Notes: generated by a model from the letters alone, not told the origin. Counted from the stretch's first letter, positions 27,031 to 37,948 are shown. The stretch: DNA of 64,000 bases from an uncultured Candidatus Saccharibacteria bacterium (GCA_964436545.1 CAYTCJ010000001.1:14392-78391), one strand, 5' to 3'. Numbers and translations are program-made.

Positions 27031-28062
27031 ATGAAAAAAATAGTTTTATTTTTTATAGTTTTGGGCATTTGTTTAATGGGTTTTTTGGCTTGGAAAAAGT
27101 ATCAGCCCCGTGAGCCAAAACAGAATTTACCCACACCCGCCAGTCAAACTCAGCCTGAAGAAAAATTTTTTAGTATCAATGGCAAGCTCGTGGATGTGTC
27201 AATTAGTCAAACCAGACCTTTAGCCGTGGTAGTTGAAAACCATCCGGATGCCAGACCGCAGGCGGGTTTAAGCGAAGCCGATGTAGTTTATGAAACTGTG
27301 GCCGAGGGCGGGATTACTCGGTTTTTAGCTTTGTACCAAACTCAGGCGACTACAGCGATTGGGCCGGTGAGGTCTGCCAGAACTTATTTTGCTCAGCTCG
27401 CTAATGATTGGCAAGCGGTTTTTGCTCATGTGGGAGGCAATAGCGACGTGTTATTGAATCTTAAAAACCAGCTCTATCCGGAAATTTTAAATGTAGATGA
27501 ATTTTTTCACGCGTCAACTTTTCAAAGGGTGAGCAGTCGAGCTATGCCACATAACACGTATACTTCGGTTAAGCGGTTAAGAAATTTTTTGGCGAATTCG
27601 GGCGCTCGGTCTTTTATACCCAAATCCCCTTGGACTTTTAAATCCGAAAACCCAACTCTAACCGGTGTCAGCTTAGGCCTTAGTATAGATTTTTCGCAAG
27701 CCTCCTATGCGGTGGAGTGGCGGTATCAACCCCAGAACAACACTTACCTAAGAACTATTGCCCAGCAAACCGACCGTGACGAGAACAATCATCAGCCGAT
27801 TGAAGCTAAAAATATTTTAGTGCAATTTGTAAAAACCGTGCCCACCCAAACCGATACTGTTGGCTCTCTGGATATGGAATTAAATACGCAAGGGGAAGCC
27901 GTGGTGTTTTTAGACGGTCAAGTTATACAGGGTAAATGGCAATACCATAATCAGCAGACCAAATTTTTAACTTTAGACAATCAAGAGATTGCATTAAATC
28001 CCGGCGTGGTGTGGGTGGAAATAGTGCCTGAGGCAAGAAAAGCGTTGGTAACTTGGGAATAA
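27031..28062 (+). CDS. DUF3048 domain lipoprotein-like protein (YerB-like)
   Basis: N-terminal TM/signal, ARPQAGLSEADVVYE...EGGITRFLALY motif. Confidence 0.6.
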   Translation: MKKIVLFFIVLGICLMGFLAWKKYQPREPKQNLPTPASQTQPEEKFFSINGKLVDVSISQTRPLAVVVENHPDARPQAGLSEADVVYETVAEGGITRFLALYQTQATTAIGPVRSARTYFAQLANDWQAVFAHVGGNSDVLLNLKNQLYPEILNVDEFFHASTFQRVSSRAMPHNTYTSVKRLRNFLANSGARSFIPKSPWTFKSENPTLTGVSLGLSIDFSQASYAVEWRYQPQNNTYLRTIAQQTDRDENNHQPIEAKNILVQFVKTVPTQTDTVGSLDMELNTQGEAVVFLDGQVIQGKWQYHNQQTKFLTLDNQEIALNPGVVWVEIVPEARKALVTWE

Positions 28063-28096
28063 AAAATCCCCCGATTAGCGGGGGAAATTTAAGTGG

Positions 28097-28270
28097 CTAT
28101 TTGCTTTTACCTTTGGTTTTAATACAGCGAGCACAAGCTTTGACTCTTTGGCCGTTAAAAACCGAGTATTGTAAATTCGGAAGCAACCGTTTTATGGACG
28201 GTCTCATTGAGTGAGATCTTTTTATGGTTCTGCTGTAAGTTTTACCGCAGACCGCGCACATTCGGGGCAT
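28097..28270 (-). CDS. rpmB: 50S ribosomal protein L28 (57 aa), not in the supplied ORF track
   Basis: MPRMCAVCGK...RSHSM...LPNLQ...CARCIKTKG hand-translated from minus strand. Confidence 0.75.
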   Translation of the reverse strand: MPRMCAVCGKTYSRTIKRSHSMRPSIKRLLPNLQYSVFNGQRVKACARCIKTKGKSK

Positions 28271-28427
28271 TTTTGTAAAATTTTCAATTTTTAATTTTCA
28301 ATTTTTAATTAGTTTTAAATTTTAAAATTTAAAACTAAGACTTTAAAAATTGTTTAAAAATTATGAAAGGTAAATTAATAATTTAAATAACTTCAGTATT
28401 TTATCAAAGTTTGTTATAATAGTCAAC

Positions 28428-29042
28428 ATGGAAACACTAATTACACTGGTTATTTTAATCTTTAGTGCCATTGTGCACGAGGTGGCGCATGGGTTAATGG
28501 CGGAAAAGCTAGGGGATACGACTGCCAGAGACGAAGGTCGGATTACGTTAAACCCTGTGCCTCACATTGACCCTTTTGGGTCTTTACTCTTACCTTTTTT
28601 GCTTTTATCCATCGGTTCACCAATTGTGTTTGGAGCGGCTAAGCCAGTGCCGGTTAATGCGCATAATTTTAAAGATCCCAAAAAGGGCATGGCTTTGGTA
28701 AGTTTAGCCGGACCAATGGCTAACTTTATTTTAGCCATTGTGTGCGTAATTCCCATTAAACTTGGACTGGTAAATAGTATTTCTTACCCCATACTAATCC
28801 AAGCTATTTTGTTAAATATCGTTTTAGGCACGTTTAATTTAATTCCCATTCCGCCGTTAGATGGGAGTAAGATTTTAGCTTTCTTTGCGCCCGATGTCTG
28901 GATGGAAAAAATTTTGGCTTTAGAGAGGTATGGGTTTTTATTGGTGCTGGTGTTCTTAATGCTGGGGATTTTAGATAAAATTTTATTGCCGGTGATTATG
29001 ATATTTTTTAGAATTTTTAATTTACCTTTGTCGTGGTATTAA
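28428..29042 (+). CDS. M50 family (site-2 protease-like) membrane metalloprotease
   Basis: HEVAHG zinc motif, NLIPIPPLDG motif, polytopic. Confidence 0.7.
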   Translation: METLITLVILIFSAIVHEVAHGLMAEKLGDTTARDEGRITLNPVPHIDPFGSLLLPFLLLSIGSPIVFGAAKPVPVNAHNFKDPKKGMALVSLAGPMANFILAIVCVIPIKLGLVNSISYPILIQAILLNIVLGTFNLIPIPPLDGSKILAFFAPDVWMEKILALERYGFLLVLVFLMLGILDKILLPVIMIFFRIFNLPLSWY

Positions 29043-29148
29043 AAAATAGGACGAATAGGACACATAAGACTTATAAGTCCCATAGGTCTTGTTGCTTTTT
29101 TGGATAAAAAAACCGCGCGGACCCTCCGAGTGTCCGCGCGGGCAAGTC

Positions 29149-29334
29149 CTACTTCCTCTTGAAAAATAGAGGAATTAGGATAAACAAAATCCCAGTCCAG
29201 AGCAAAAGAAGCCCTAAACCGGCCAAAAATAGCGCCTCGAGTGGGCCTAATTGTGTCGGAATTCCCAACACCGCGCCGATGAACGGCACGATTAAGAGGA
29301 ACCCAACAAGGATTAAGCCCAGTTGAACTTTCAT
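29149..29334 (-). CDS. small membrane protein (61 aa)
   Basis: two hydrophobic helices; GC-rich hairpin terminator at 29112-29140. Confidence 0.3.
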   Translation of the reverse strand: MKVQLGLILVGFLLIVPFIGAVLGIPTQLGPLEALFLAGLGLLLLWTGILFILIPLFFKRK

Positions 29335-29486
29335 CTTTTTCCCCCCCTTCTTTCCTCCGGATGTTCCCTTCTTAGGGCTTTTTACTTACGCCTTGTTGTT
29401 TTTTTGTCGGTGCTTTTAAAAGATTCGCTTTGCCGGGGCAAGAGGCGAACTCTATATAATAACATAAAAGTAGGAATTTGTCAATT

Positions 29487-29515
29487 TTGACAGGATTGAT
29501 AATGGCTTATATAAT
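29487..29515 (+). promoter_or_regulatory. consensus sigma70 promoter TTGACA-17nt-TATAAT upstream of rpsL
   Basis: exact hexamers and spacing read in sequence. Confidence 0.55.
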
Positions 29516-29546
29516 TTAGGAACAATTAAAATAGAAACCGATTGCA

Positions 29547-29639
29547 TGTCATTCTGAACTCGTTTCAGAATCTATCTTGTTAATTTATAAAATAGATTCC
29601 GGACAATTTTAATAGCAAAATAAAATTTCCGGAATGACA
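29547..29639. mobile_element. MITE-like element, family A (TIR TGTCATTC(C/T)GAA ... TTCCGGAATGACA), in rpsL leader
   Basis: related copies at 30951-31069, 34472-34531, partial 15074-15098. Confidence 0.5.
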
Positions 29640-29905
29640 AACTAAGTGAATTACTTAATTGTCGATGTTTTTAGGAAAAGTGGCTTTTGGCCCACATCAA
29701 AGTTTCTTGATGAGTACTAAAAACCCGAAGTAGACTTAAACTGATGTCTACCCCTCCCTAGCCCTCCCCACCAAGGGGGAGGGAAAAGAGGCTTATCAGT
29801 TTTTATTGTGCCAAACTAATTTTTAATTATTAATTTTATAATTTTTAAATAATTTTCAAGGTTTAATTACAAAATTAAAAATTGGAAATTGAAAATTAAA
29901 TTCAA

Positions 29906-30319
29906 ATGCCAACCATCAACCAGTTAGTAAGAAAAGGCAGACGACCTTTGGTAGCCAAGTCCAAATCTCCGGCTTTGCAATACCGAATGAATTTGCTTAA
30001 GAACCGCGAAGTGCCTTCTGCCATGGGTAATCCGTTTATGCGCGGAGTGTGCTTAAAGGTGTATACCACCACGCCGAAAAAACCGAACTCGGCTTTAAGA
30101 AAAGTGGCAAAGGTAAAATTAACCAACGGTATGGAAGTAATTGCTTACATTCCGGGGGTGGGCCACAATTTACAAGAACACAGTGTGGTAATGATCCGCG
30201 GGGGCAGGGTAAAAGATTTGCCCGGTGTGCGTTACCATATTTTAAGAGGTAAGTTAGATACTCTCGGAGTCGACGGGAGAAAGCGCGGAAGAAGTAAGTA
30301 TGGAGCGAAGAGAAAATAA
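29906..30319 (+). CDS. rpsL: 30S ribosomal protein S12
   Basis: [12 protein letters not shown]... Confidence 0.95.
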   Translation: MPTINQLVRKGRRPLVAKSKSPALQYRMNLLKNREVPSAMGNPFMRGVCLKVYTTTPKKPNSALRKVAKVKLTNGMEVIAYIPGVGHNLQEHSVVMIRGGRVKDLPGVRYHILRGKLDTLGVDGRKRGRSKYGAKRK

Positions 30320-30410
30320 TAAAAATGACAAAAACGACGAAAATTAAAAAAAGTAGAAATAGTTAAAATTTTTGTCATTTATTTAATTTTTGTCATTTTT
30401 GATCATTACA
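30310..30410. repeat. MITE-like element, family B (AAATGACAAAAACGACG ... TTTTTGTCATTT) between rpsL and rpsG; second copy at 19206-19300
   Basis: near-identical 17-mers shared by the two loci plus inverted TTTTTGTCATTT ends. Confidence 0.45.
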
Positions 30411-30415
30411 AACTT

Positions 30416-30928
30416 ATGCCAAGAAAATCACGAAGTTACGATAAACACACTCCGGAGCCAGACCCGAAATTCGGGAGTGTGAAGTATGCCAAATTTATTA
30501 ATTACATTATGGAGCGCGGAAAAAAGAACGTGGCGCGCAAGATTTTTTACGATGCCTTGGATATTGTGGGCAATAAATTGAAAGAAATCGTTAAAGACGA
30601 TAAAGGCCCCAAAGATGCCAGACAAATGTTTGATATTGCTTTAAAAAATATTGGTCCGTTAATGGAATTAAAATCCAGAAGAATTGGCGGGGCTAACTAT
30701 CAAGTGCCTATGGAAGTGGTGGAACCCCGCAGAACCACGGTGGCCATGAGATGGCTTCTTACTGCTGCTCGCAGTAAAAAAGGGATTAGAATGGCCGAAA
30801 GGTTAGCCGGTGAAATTATTGATGCCTACAATAAAACCGGGGTGGCCATGAAGAAAAGAGAAGATACTCACCGCATGGCAGAAGCTAACAAAGCTTTTGC
30901 TCACTTTGCGAGATTTGGTCGCAGATAG
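30416..30928 (+). CDS. rpsG: 30S ribosomal protein S7
   Basis: KREDTHRMAEANKAFAHF C-terminus. Confidence 0.95.
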   Translation: MPRKSRSYDKHTPEPDPKFGSVKYAKFINYIMERGKKNVARKIFYDALDIVGNKLKEIVKDDKGPKDARQMFDIALKNIGPLMELKSRRIGGANYQVPMEVVEPRRTTVAMRWLLTAARSKKGIRMAERLAGEIIDAYNKTGVAMKKREDTHRMAEANKAFAHFARFGRR

Positions 30929-30950
30929 GCGACAAGTTATAAAGCGTATG

Positions 30951-31069
30951 TGTCATTCCGGAAAATTGTAATGCTATACAATTTATCCGGAATCTATTCT
31001 AAAATAGATCCTGAAACCCCAATAGCAGAACCTTTGGTTCGCTACGGGGTAAACAAATTCAGGATGACA
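30951..31069. mobile_element. MITE-like element, family A copy
   Basis: TGTCATTCCGGAA ... TTCAGGATGACA termini. Confidence 0.5.
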
Positions 31070-31439
31070 AAAAAATACCCCTGCTTTAGCGGGGACGACA
31101 GACAACAGGAACTTTAAAATAAAAAAAAGCCCTTGTCCGACCGGATTAAATGTGCAGATAAGGGCCGGGGTTAGCGGAGCGAGTTGGCAAGTAACCAACC
31201 TAGCGCTAACCGCAAAACAAAAGCGCACCAAAGTGCTTTCATTTTACGCCCTCCTTTAAGGCGTAGGCAAAAATAACAGAGAGAGAGAGTTGTAAAGGCT
31301 TTAAAAATGTAAAGTGTAAATATTAAAATGAAAAATGACAGTTGAAAATTTTAAATTTAACATTGGAATTTTCCATTTTGATTTTTGAATTTTTAATTAA
31401 AATAAGTCTATTGAGACTTAATAGAAAAAAATAAGACAT

Positions 31440-33563
31440 ATGGCTCGAGAATATCCCATTGAAGTTACAAGAAACATTGGCATTATTGCCCACATTGATG
31501 CGGGCAAAACCACTACCACGGAAGGTATTTTGTATAATACCGGCATGATTCATAAAATTGGGGCGGTGCACGAAGGTGAAACGACTACCGATTGGATGGA
31601 ACAAGAACGCGAACGTGGCATTACCATTACCGCCGCGGCTGTAACTTGTTATTGGACGCCTCGGTTTATTAAATTAGCCGGCGATACAAAGCATAAAATT
31701 AACATTATTGACACTCCGGGCCACGTGGATTTTACCGTGGAAGTAGAACGTTCTTTGCGCGTGTTAGACGGCGCGGTTACGGTGTTTGACGGAAAAATGG
31801 GTGTGGAGCCTCAAAGTGAAACAGTGTGGCGCCAAGCCGATAAATACGGCGTACCACGTATTTGCTTTATCAATAAAATCAACCAGACCGGTGGGGATTT
31901 TTACAAATCTTTAGACTCCATTCATAAACGTTTAAGTCCTAACGCTTTTCCGATTCAATTACCCATTGGGTTTGAAAAAGACATTTGTGGCGTAGTGGAT
32001 TTAATTAATATGAAGGCTTATACCTATAAAGACTATACCGATAAAGAATTTACCATTGGGGAAGTGCCGGCCGATATGCTCGAGAAAGCTAAAGAGTATC
32101 GCCAACGACTTTTAGAAAAAGTGGTGGAAAGCGACGATGTTTTAATGGAAAAATATTTAGCCGGTCAGGAATTAACCGAAGGGGAATTTTTATCGGCCAT
32201 TAGAAAATCGGTGCAAGGCGGAAAGTTTTTCCCGGTAATTGGCGGGGACGGCAGAGGGATTATTGTGCAAACAATTTTGGACGCGGTGGTAAATTTCCTA
32301 CCCAGTCCGACAGACAGAGGTGAAGTTAAAGGCACCGATATTAAAACCGGCGCTGAAGTTTTAAGAAAGCCGGCCGACAGCGAACCCTTTACGGCTTTGG
32401 CTTTTAAAATTGCCACCGACCCGTTTGTGGGCAGACTGTGTTTTTTCCGTGTGTATTCCGGTAAATTAGAGGCCGGGAGTTATGTGCTGAATGCTCGCAC
32501 TCAAAATAAAGAAAGAGTCGGGCGAATTGTGCGTATGAAAGCCGACGATAGAGAAGAAGTGAAAGAAGTGTTTGCCGGAGATATTTGTGCTTTGGTGGGT
32601 CCCAAAGACACCTTTACCGGAGATACTTTGTGCGATACCGAACATCCGGTGCAACTGGAAACCATCAAATTTGCCGAACCGGTAATTTCTATGGCTATTG
32701 AGCCTAAGACCAAAGCTGACCAAGAAAAAATGGGTATTGCTTTGTCTAAATTAGCCGAAGAAGATCCTACTTTTAGAATTCGAGGCGACGAAGAAACTCA
32801 ACAAACCATTATTTCGGGGATGGGTGAACTGCACTTGGAAATTATTGTAGACAGAATGAAAAGAGAATTTAAAGTGGAAGCCAATGTGGGTAAACCCGAA
32901 GTGGCTTATAAAGAAACCATTAAAGGCACCGCCGAAGCGGAAAGTAAATACATCAGACAATCTGGTGGTAAAGGTCAATATGGTCATGTGTATTTGCGAA
33001 TTGAGCCTTTGGAAAGAGGAAAAGGTTATGAGTTCGTAGATGAAATTGTGGGCGGGGTAATTCCGAAAGAATTTATTAAACCGGTGGATAAAGGTGTGCA
33101 GGAATCCGCTGCCAATGGCGTAATTGCCGGTTATCCTTTGGTGGATTTTAGAATTGCGCTTTACGATGGTAGCTACCACGATGTAGATTCCAGCGAAATG
33201 GCATTTAAAATTGCCGCTTCTAAAGGTTTGCAAGAAGTGGTAAAACGCGCCACTCCAATTATTTTGGAACCAATTATGAAAGTGGAAGTGATTACTCCGG
33301 AAAGCAATATGGGTGATGTGATTGGCGACTTAAATTCCAAACGCGCTCAAATTAACGAAATGACCGACCGCTTGCACTTAAAAGTTATAGACGCCCATGT
33401 GCCACTTAGTGAAATGTTTGGTTATGCCACAGCTTTAAGAAGTATGACCCAAGGTCAGGCTTCTTATACCATGGAATTTGACCATTACGAAGAAGTGCCA
33501 AAAAATGTAGCGCAAAAAATTATTGAAAGCCGTGCCGGAATAAATGTAAGAAAAGGGATGTAG
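31440..33563 (+). CDS. fusA: Elongation factor G
   Basis: [13 protein letters not shown]-domain, full length 707 aa. Confidence 0.95.
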   Translation: MAREYPIEVTRNIGIIAHIDAGKTTTTEGILYNTGMIHKIGAVHEGETTTDWMEQERERGITITAAAVTCYWTPRFIKLAGDTKHKINIIDTPGHVDFTVEVERSLRVLDGAVTVFDGKMGVEPQSETVWRQADKYGVPRICFINKINQTGGDFYKSLDSIHKRLSPNAFPIQLPIGFEKDICGVVDLINMKAYTYKDYTDKEFTIGEVPADMLEKAKEYRQRLLEKVVESDDVLMEKYLAGQELTEGEFLSAIRKSVQGGKFFPVIGGDGRGIIVQTILDAVVNFLPSPTDRGEVKGTDIKTGAEVLRKPADSEPFTALAFKIATDPFVGRLCFFRVYSGKLEAGSYVLNARTQNKERVGRIVRMKADDREEVKEVFAGDICALVGPKDTFTGDTLCDTEHPVQLETIKFAEPVISMAIEPKTKADQEKMGIALSKLAEEDPTFRIRGDEETQQTIISGMGELHLEIIVDRMKREFKVEANVGKPEVAYKETIKGTAEAESKYIRQSGGKGQYGHVYLRIEPLERGKGYEFVDEIVGGVIPKEFIKPVDKGVQESAANGVIAGYPLVDFRIALYDGSYHDVDSSEMAFKIAASKGLQEVVKRATPIILEPIMKVEVITPESNMGDVIGDLNSKRAQINEMTDRLHLKVIDAHVPLSEMFGYATALRSMTQGQASYTMEFDHYEEVPKNVAQKIIESRAGINVRKGM

Positions 33564-33788
33564 GGAAATCAAATTCTAAAACCTAAATTCCTAAATACTA
33601 AATAGAAGAAAATTTGTAAGTTTACAATTTATTATTTATATTTTGTATTTTGTTTAGACTTTAGTGTTAAGAATTTCGAAGTTTAAAAGCCATGGGCAAT
33701 TTACAAGACATTATTAACTTAAGTAAGGCCGACTTGTCCGCCAAAGCTAATTTAAATAATTTAGTTAAGTTAAAATATTTGTAATATT

Positions 33789-34121
33789 ATGGTAAGCTTT
33801 CAGAATATAATTGATTTAGCGAAGGCGGATGGAGGCAAGTTTTTTGTAATGGATGAACAGGGTGATGTTAAATTGGTAGTTATGTCAGTTGGGGAATATG
33901 AAAAATTACTTGTGGGTAAATTGCAAAAACAACTAAAAGATATTGAAGAAATCAATCAGGAAATTATTAAAGCGCAAATTATTGAACCGGAAATTGAGGC
34001 TTTAATTCCTCAGCTAAAAGGCAAAAAAGCTCCGGCCATTCCCAGAGTGGATTTAAGAGAAGAAGTGATTGATCCTTCTTTTGATTTTGAAGGTCCTAAA
34101 GGCGAATTTGAGGATATGTAA
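33789..34121 (+). CDS. hypothetical acidic protein (110 aa)
   Basis: ORF only. Confidence 0.4.
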   Translation: MVSFQNIIDLAKADGGKFFVMDEQGDVKLVVMSVGEYEKLLVGKLQKQLKDIEEINQEIIKAQIIEPEIEALIPQLKGKKAPAIPRVDLREEVIDPSFDFEGPKGEFEDM

Positions 34122-34298
34122 CAGGACTTCCGCACCGCCACTTTATAGGGCGGGCAAAGCCCGACCCTTAAAGTGGCTCTGGCCAACTTCTTCGTTATTT
34201 TCTTCAAGGTTTTTGTCGCCGTAGTCAGACTACGTCTCCAAAAATCCTCAGAAAATGCCTCGAACTTGGCTCAGTGCGGAAGCCCTGAATAAAAAGTT

Positions 34299-34327
34299 TT
34301 GACAAAAGTTTAGGTTGGTTTTATAAT
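34299..34327 (+). promoter_or_regulatory. consensus sigma70 promoter TTGACA-17nt-TATAAT upstream of tuf
   Basis: exact hexamers and spacing. Confidence 0.55.
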
Positions 34328-34471
34328 GCATTAGCAAAATTATTAATTAATCTTGCCCTGGATTCTGTAAGCTCCGATGTTAATCGGAGTGCGGAGAAAA
34401 GAGAAGAGCCCTTGGCTTTGCGCCTCTATCGATACGGCGCAGCGCTTAGGGTTTCTCGGGCAAAATGTTTG

Positions 34472-34531
34472 TGTCATTCCGAATTTATTTCGGAATCTAT
34501 CTATGGATCCTGAAACAAGTTCAGGATGACA
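34472..34531. mobile_element. MITE-like element, family A copy in the tuf 5' leader
   Basis: two adjacent hairpins attccgaa..ttcggaat and atcctgaa..ttcaggat flanked by GTCAT/ATGAC. Confidence 0.5.
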
Positions 34532-34554
34532 GAAACGACGAAAGGATTGTAAAG

Positions 34555-35736
34555 ATGGCAGATAAATTTGATAGAAGTAAGACTCACGTGAACGTGGGAA
34601 CCATTGGTCACGTTGACCACGGTAAAACCACTTTGACTGCAGCCATTACTACTGTGCTCGCCAAAACCGGCGGAGCCAAAGCCAGGGCGTATGATTCCAT
34701 TGACAACGCTCCGGAAGAAAAAGCTCGAGGAATTACCATTAACACCGCTCACGTAGAATACGAAAGCGCCAAAAGACACTACGCCCACGTGGATTGTCCG
34801 GGTCATGCTGACTACGTAAAGAACATGATTACCGGAGCTGCGCAAATGGATGGCGCCATTTTGGTGGTATCCGCTGCCGATGGTCCAATGCCTCAAACCA
34901 GAGAACACATTTTGCTCGCCAGACAAGTTGGCGTACCATACATTGTCGTATTTATGAACAAGTGCGATATGGTGCAAGACAAAGAGCTTTTGGATTTAGT
35001 GGAAGAAGAAATTCGAGACTTGCTCAACAAATACGAATTCCCAGGTAAAGACACTCCAATTATTCGAGGCAGTGCTTTAAAAGCTTTGGAAGGGGATGCG
35101 GAATACGAAAAATCCATCCACCAATTGGTAGAAACTTTGGATTCTTATATTCCCGATCCGGTTCGCGAAACCGACAAACCATTCTTAATGCCGATTGAAG
35201 ATATCTTCTCCATTGAAGGTAGAGGTACTGTGGTTACCGGAAGAATTGAACGCGGACAAATTAACATCAACGAAGAAATTGAAATCGTCGGTATTCGCCC
35301 AACTGCCAAAACCGTGGTAACCGGTATTGAAATGTTCAATAAGCAATTAGACAGCGGTATGGCTGGGGATAACGCCGGAATTTTACTTCGAGGTACCAAA
35401 AAGGACGAAGTAGAACGCGGACAAGTGCTTTGCAAACCGGGTTCCATTAACCCGCATACGGAATTTGAAACCGAAGTCTATGTGTTAACCAAAGAAGAAG
35501 GTGGCCGACATACGCCATTCTTTAAAGGGTATAAACCTCAATTCTATGTGCGAACCACAGACGTGACCGGTGATGTGACTTTGCCGGAAGGTCAAGAAAT
35601 GGTTATGCCTGGGGATACCGTAAAGTTAACGGTTAAGTTAATTACTCCGGTAGCTTTGGAAGAAAAAGGTAAATTCGCTATCCGGGAAGGTGGTAAAACC
35701 GTAGGCGCTGGCGTAGTTACTAAAATTATCAAATAG
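34555..35736 (+). CDS. tuf: Elongation factor Tu (true start [11 protein letters not shown]; the longer track ORF reads through the MITE)
   Basis: GHVDHGKTT, full EF-Tu length 394 aa. Confidence 0.95.
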   Translation: MADKFDRSKTHVNVGTIGHVDHGKTTLTAAITTVLAKTGGAKARAYDSIDNAPEEKARGITINTAHVEYESAKRHYAHVDCPGHADYVKNMITGAAQMDGAILVVSAADGPMPQTREHILLARQVGVPYIVVFMNKCDMVQDKELLDLVEEEIRDLLNKYEFPGKDTPIIRGSALKALEGDAEYEKSIHQLVETLDSYIPDPVRETDKPFLMPIEDIFSIEGRGTVVTGRIERGQININEEIEIVGIRPTAKTVVTGIEMFNKQLDSGMAGDNAGILLRGTKKDEVERGQVLCKPGSINPHTEFETEVYVLTKEEGGRHTPFFKGYKPQFYVRTTDVTGDVTLPEGQEMVMPGDTVKLTVKLITPVALEEKGKFAIREGGKTVGAGVVTKIIK

Positions 35737-35816
35737 TTAGTGAAGATTGACGGTTAGTTTTTCAGTCAATCAAAATTTTACCCCGCCCGCATTTTGCGGA
35801 CGGGGTAAAATCATAT

Positions 35817-36581
35817 ATGGCAATAAGTGGTAAAAAAATCAATCAATTTGGGTATGTGGATTTTTCCGATTTTGCGAGACCGTTAGGGATTGGGCTGGCT
35901 AAATTTTTGGTTTTGTCTCCAGTCCGAGCCTATCATATAACCATAATTCATTTTATGTTTGGGCTTGGCGCATGCATATTGTTTTACGAACGTCAGTTTG
36001 GGTTGGGGATAATTTTATTACAAATCAAAAATTGGTTAGATGCCACCGATGGTTCTTTAGCCAGACTTCAAAACAGACCTTCTAAAGTGGGAAGGTTTTT
36101 GGACAGCAATTTAGACTTTATTGTTAATTTGGGGTTATTTGCCTCAATCACTGGCATGAGTTGGTGGGAACGAGGATTGAGCGCTTTTAGTTTTGTGTTG
36201 CAATGCTCAGTATATAACTACTACACGATTATTTTTAGAACCGCATTGGGGGGAGAGAGTACCAGTAAACTTCAAGAAGACGGAACTAGCCATTATTCTT
36301 ACGACAACCCTCGAGCGGTTAAAATATTATTTATTGGGTATAAATATTTTTATCTTTGGCAAGATAAATTAATTGATTGGATCGAATTAAAACTGTTAAA
36401 AACTCATCGCAAAATTCCCAGTGTATTGTTTGCTAATTGGATATCGGTTCATGGGTTAGGCTTTCAGTATCTGGTGTTTTCGGCTTTATTAGTTATTAAT
36501 CCTCAGTATTTAAGTGTGTATTTTTGCTTAATTGCTAATTGGTTACTTATTGGCCAATTAGTCTATCGAAAATATAAGTAA
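35817..36581 (+). CDS. CDP-alcohol phosphatidyltransferase family membrane protein
   Basis: DG(x)2AR(x)8G(x)3D(x)3D motif: DGSLARLQNRPSKVGRFLDSNLD. Confidence 0.55.
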   Translation: MAISGKKINQFGYVDFSDFARPLGIGLAKFLVLSPVRAYHITIIHFMFGLGACILFYERQFGLGIILLQIKNWLDATDGSLARLQNRPSKVGRFLDSNLDFIVNLGLFASITGMSWWERGLSAFSFVLQCSVYNYYTIIFRTALGGESTSKLQEDGTSHYSYDNPRAVKILFIGYKYFYLWQDKLIDWIELKLLKTHRKIPSVLFANWISVHGLGFQYLVFSALLVINPQYLSVYFCLIANWLLIGQLVYRKYK

Positions 36582-36706
36582 TATTATACCATAAATTTAT
36601 TTTTTTGTCAATTATATGAAATATTCTTGACAAAAGATTAGGTTTCGTATAAACTATTGCAAGTGTCTAAAAATGCTTTTAAATATTAAACTTTTTGAAC
36701 TTTAAA

Positions 36707-37036
36707 ATGCAGAAAGTTGAAGAAAATAACGCTCCCAAAATTCGTATAAAAATTAGAGCTTATGATCATAAGTTAATTGATCAGAGCTGTAAGCAAATTG
36801 TTGATACAGCCAAAAGAAGCGGAGCAAAAATCAGCGGACCCATTCCACTACCTACAGACAAAACCAAATATACGGTTTTGCGTTCTACTTTTGTGCATAA
36901 AGACAGCCGAGAACAATTTGAAATGCGAGTGCATAAGCGTTTAATAGATATTTTAGAAGCCACAGCAAAAACCATAGATTCCTTAACGAATTTGAATTTA
37001 CCGGCCGGAGTAGACGTAGAGATAAAAATGTCGTAG
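36707..37036 (+). CDS. rpsJ: 30S ribosomal protein S10
   Basis: [14 protein letters not shown]... Confidence 0.9.
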   Translation: MQKVEENNAPKIRIKIRAYDHKLIDQSCKQIVDTAKRSGAKISGPIPLPTDKTKYTVLRSTFVHKDSREQFEMRVHKRLIDILEATAKTIDSLTNLNLPAGVDVEIKMS

Positions 37037-37188
37037 GATATTTCCGGTATTAAGTTAATATTTTGTAAACCAGTTCTCATCCATCAAAGTCACAAGGGCT
37101 CGGGTAGATGAGATAACGATTTACTCACATCAATAAAGATAAGCCTTACTTATGTTTATTAGTGCGAGCAAATCAGCTCGTTTTTTTT

Positions 37189-37854
37189 ATGAACTTTGCA
37201 ATTGGCAGAAAAGTGAATATGACCCAAATTTTTGATGCCACCAGTGGTGTGGTTTTGCCTGTGACCGTAATTAAAGTTACGCCCATGGTTATTACTCAAG
37301 TGAAAACCAGCACTGGAAAAGATAAGTACAATGCGGTGCAAGTGGGTGTCGGGTTTAAGAAAAACTTGTCAAAATCTATCACCGGACATGTAAAAAAAGC
37401 CGGCAGTTTTGGCATCATTTCAGAATTTAAAGTTACCGATACTCAAGACTATGCAGTAGGCAAAAAATTAGATTTAAGTGGCTTTCAAGTCGGTGAAGTG
37501 GTTAAAGCAGTGGGAACTTCCAAAGGTAGAGGTTTTCAGGGTGCCATTAAGAGGCATGGCTTTGCCGGTTTTCCGGCCAGTCACGGACACGATAAGCCCA
37601 GAAGCGTAGGGAGTATTGGTCAAAGATGGCCCCAGCACGTTAGAAAAGGTATGCGCATGGCCGGGCACATGGGTAATACTCAAGTTACAGTAAAAAATTT
37701 ACAAGTGGTACAGGTGGATAATAAACACCATTTAATTGCCCTTAAAGGCGCGGTACCCGGAGCTATGAATTCGATTGTAAAAATTATTAGCACCGGTAAA
37801 GTCAAACCTTTGGTAAAAGTGGAAGTGGTTAAGGAAGAGAAAAAGAAGAAGTAA
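37189..37854 (+). CDS. rplC: 50S ribosomal protein L3
   Basis: GRKVNMTQIFD... Confidence 0.9.
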   Translation: MNFAIGRKVNMTQIFDATSGVVLPVTVIKVTPMVITQVKTSTGKDKYNAVQVGVGFKKNLSKSITGHVKKAGSFGIISEFKVTDTQDYAVGKKLDLSGFQVGEVVKAVGTSKGRGFQGAIKRHGFAGFPASHGHDKPRSVGSIGQRWPQHVRKGMRMAGHMGNTQVTVKNLQVVQVDNKHHLIALKGAVPGAMNSIVKIISTGKVKPLVKVEVVKEEKKKK

Positions 37855-37857
37855 AAA

Positions 37858-37943
37858 AGTAGTAAGTTGTAAGTGGGTAAGTAGCCAGCCTGACGGCAAG
37901 GCAGGTAAGTACTTACAACTTTACAACTTACTACTTACAACTT
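37858..37943. repeat. 85-nt palindromic spacer repeat (gtaagttgtaagt...cctgcctgacggcaaggcagg...acttacaactta), copy 1
   Basis: copies also at 43591-43653, 44197-44283, 45628-45713. Confidence 0.6.
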
Positions 37944-37948
37944 GTTAT

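Noticed and set aside
26865-27113. 82-aa plus-strand ORF
   Set aside because: It overlaps the DUF3048 gene start in another frame. The in-frame Cys-rich 58-aa ORF at 26843 is the more plausible reading.
29690-29735. Hammerhead-ribozyme-like string cttgatgag…cccgaag upstream of rpsL
   Set aside because: The core is UUGAUGAG rather than CUGAUGA, and no base-paired stem II or III can be drawn. Judged a chance resemblance.
34465-34554. N-terminal extension of tuf in the ORF track
   Set aside because: The in-frame read-through crosses the MITE. The canonical EF-Tu start [11 protein letters not shown] is at 34555.
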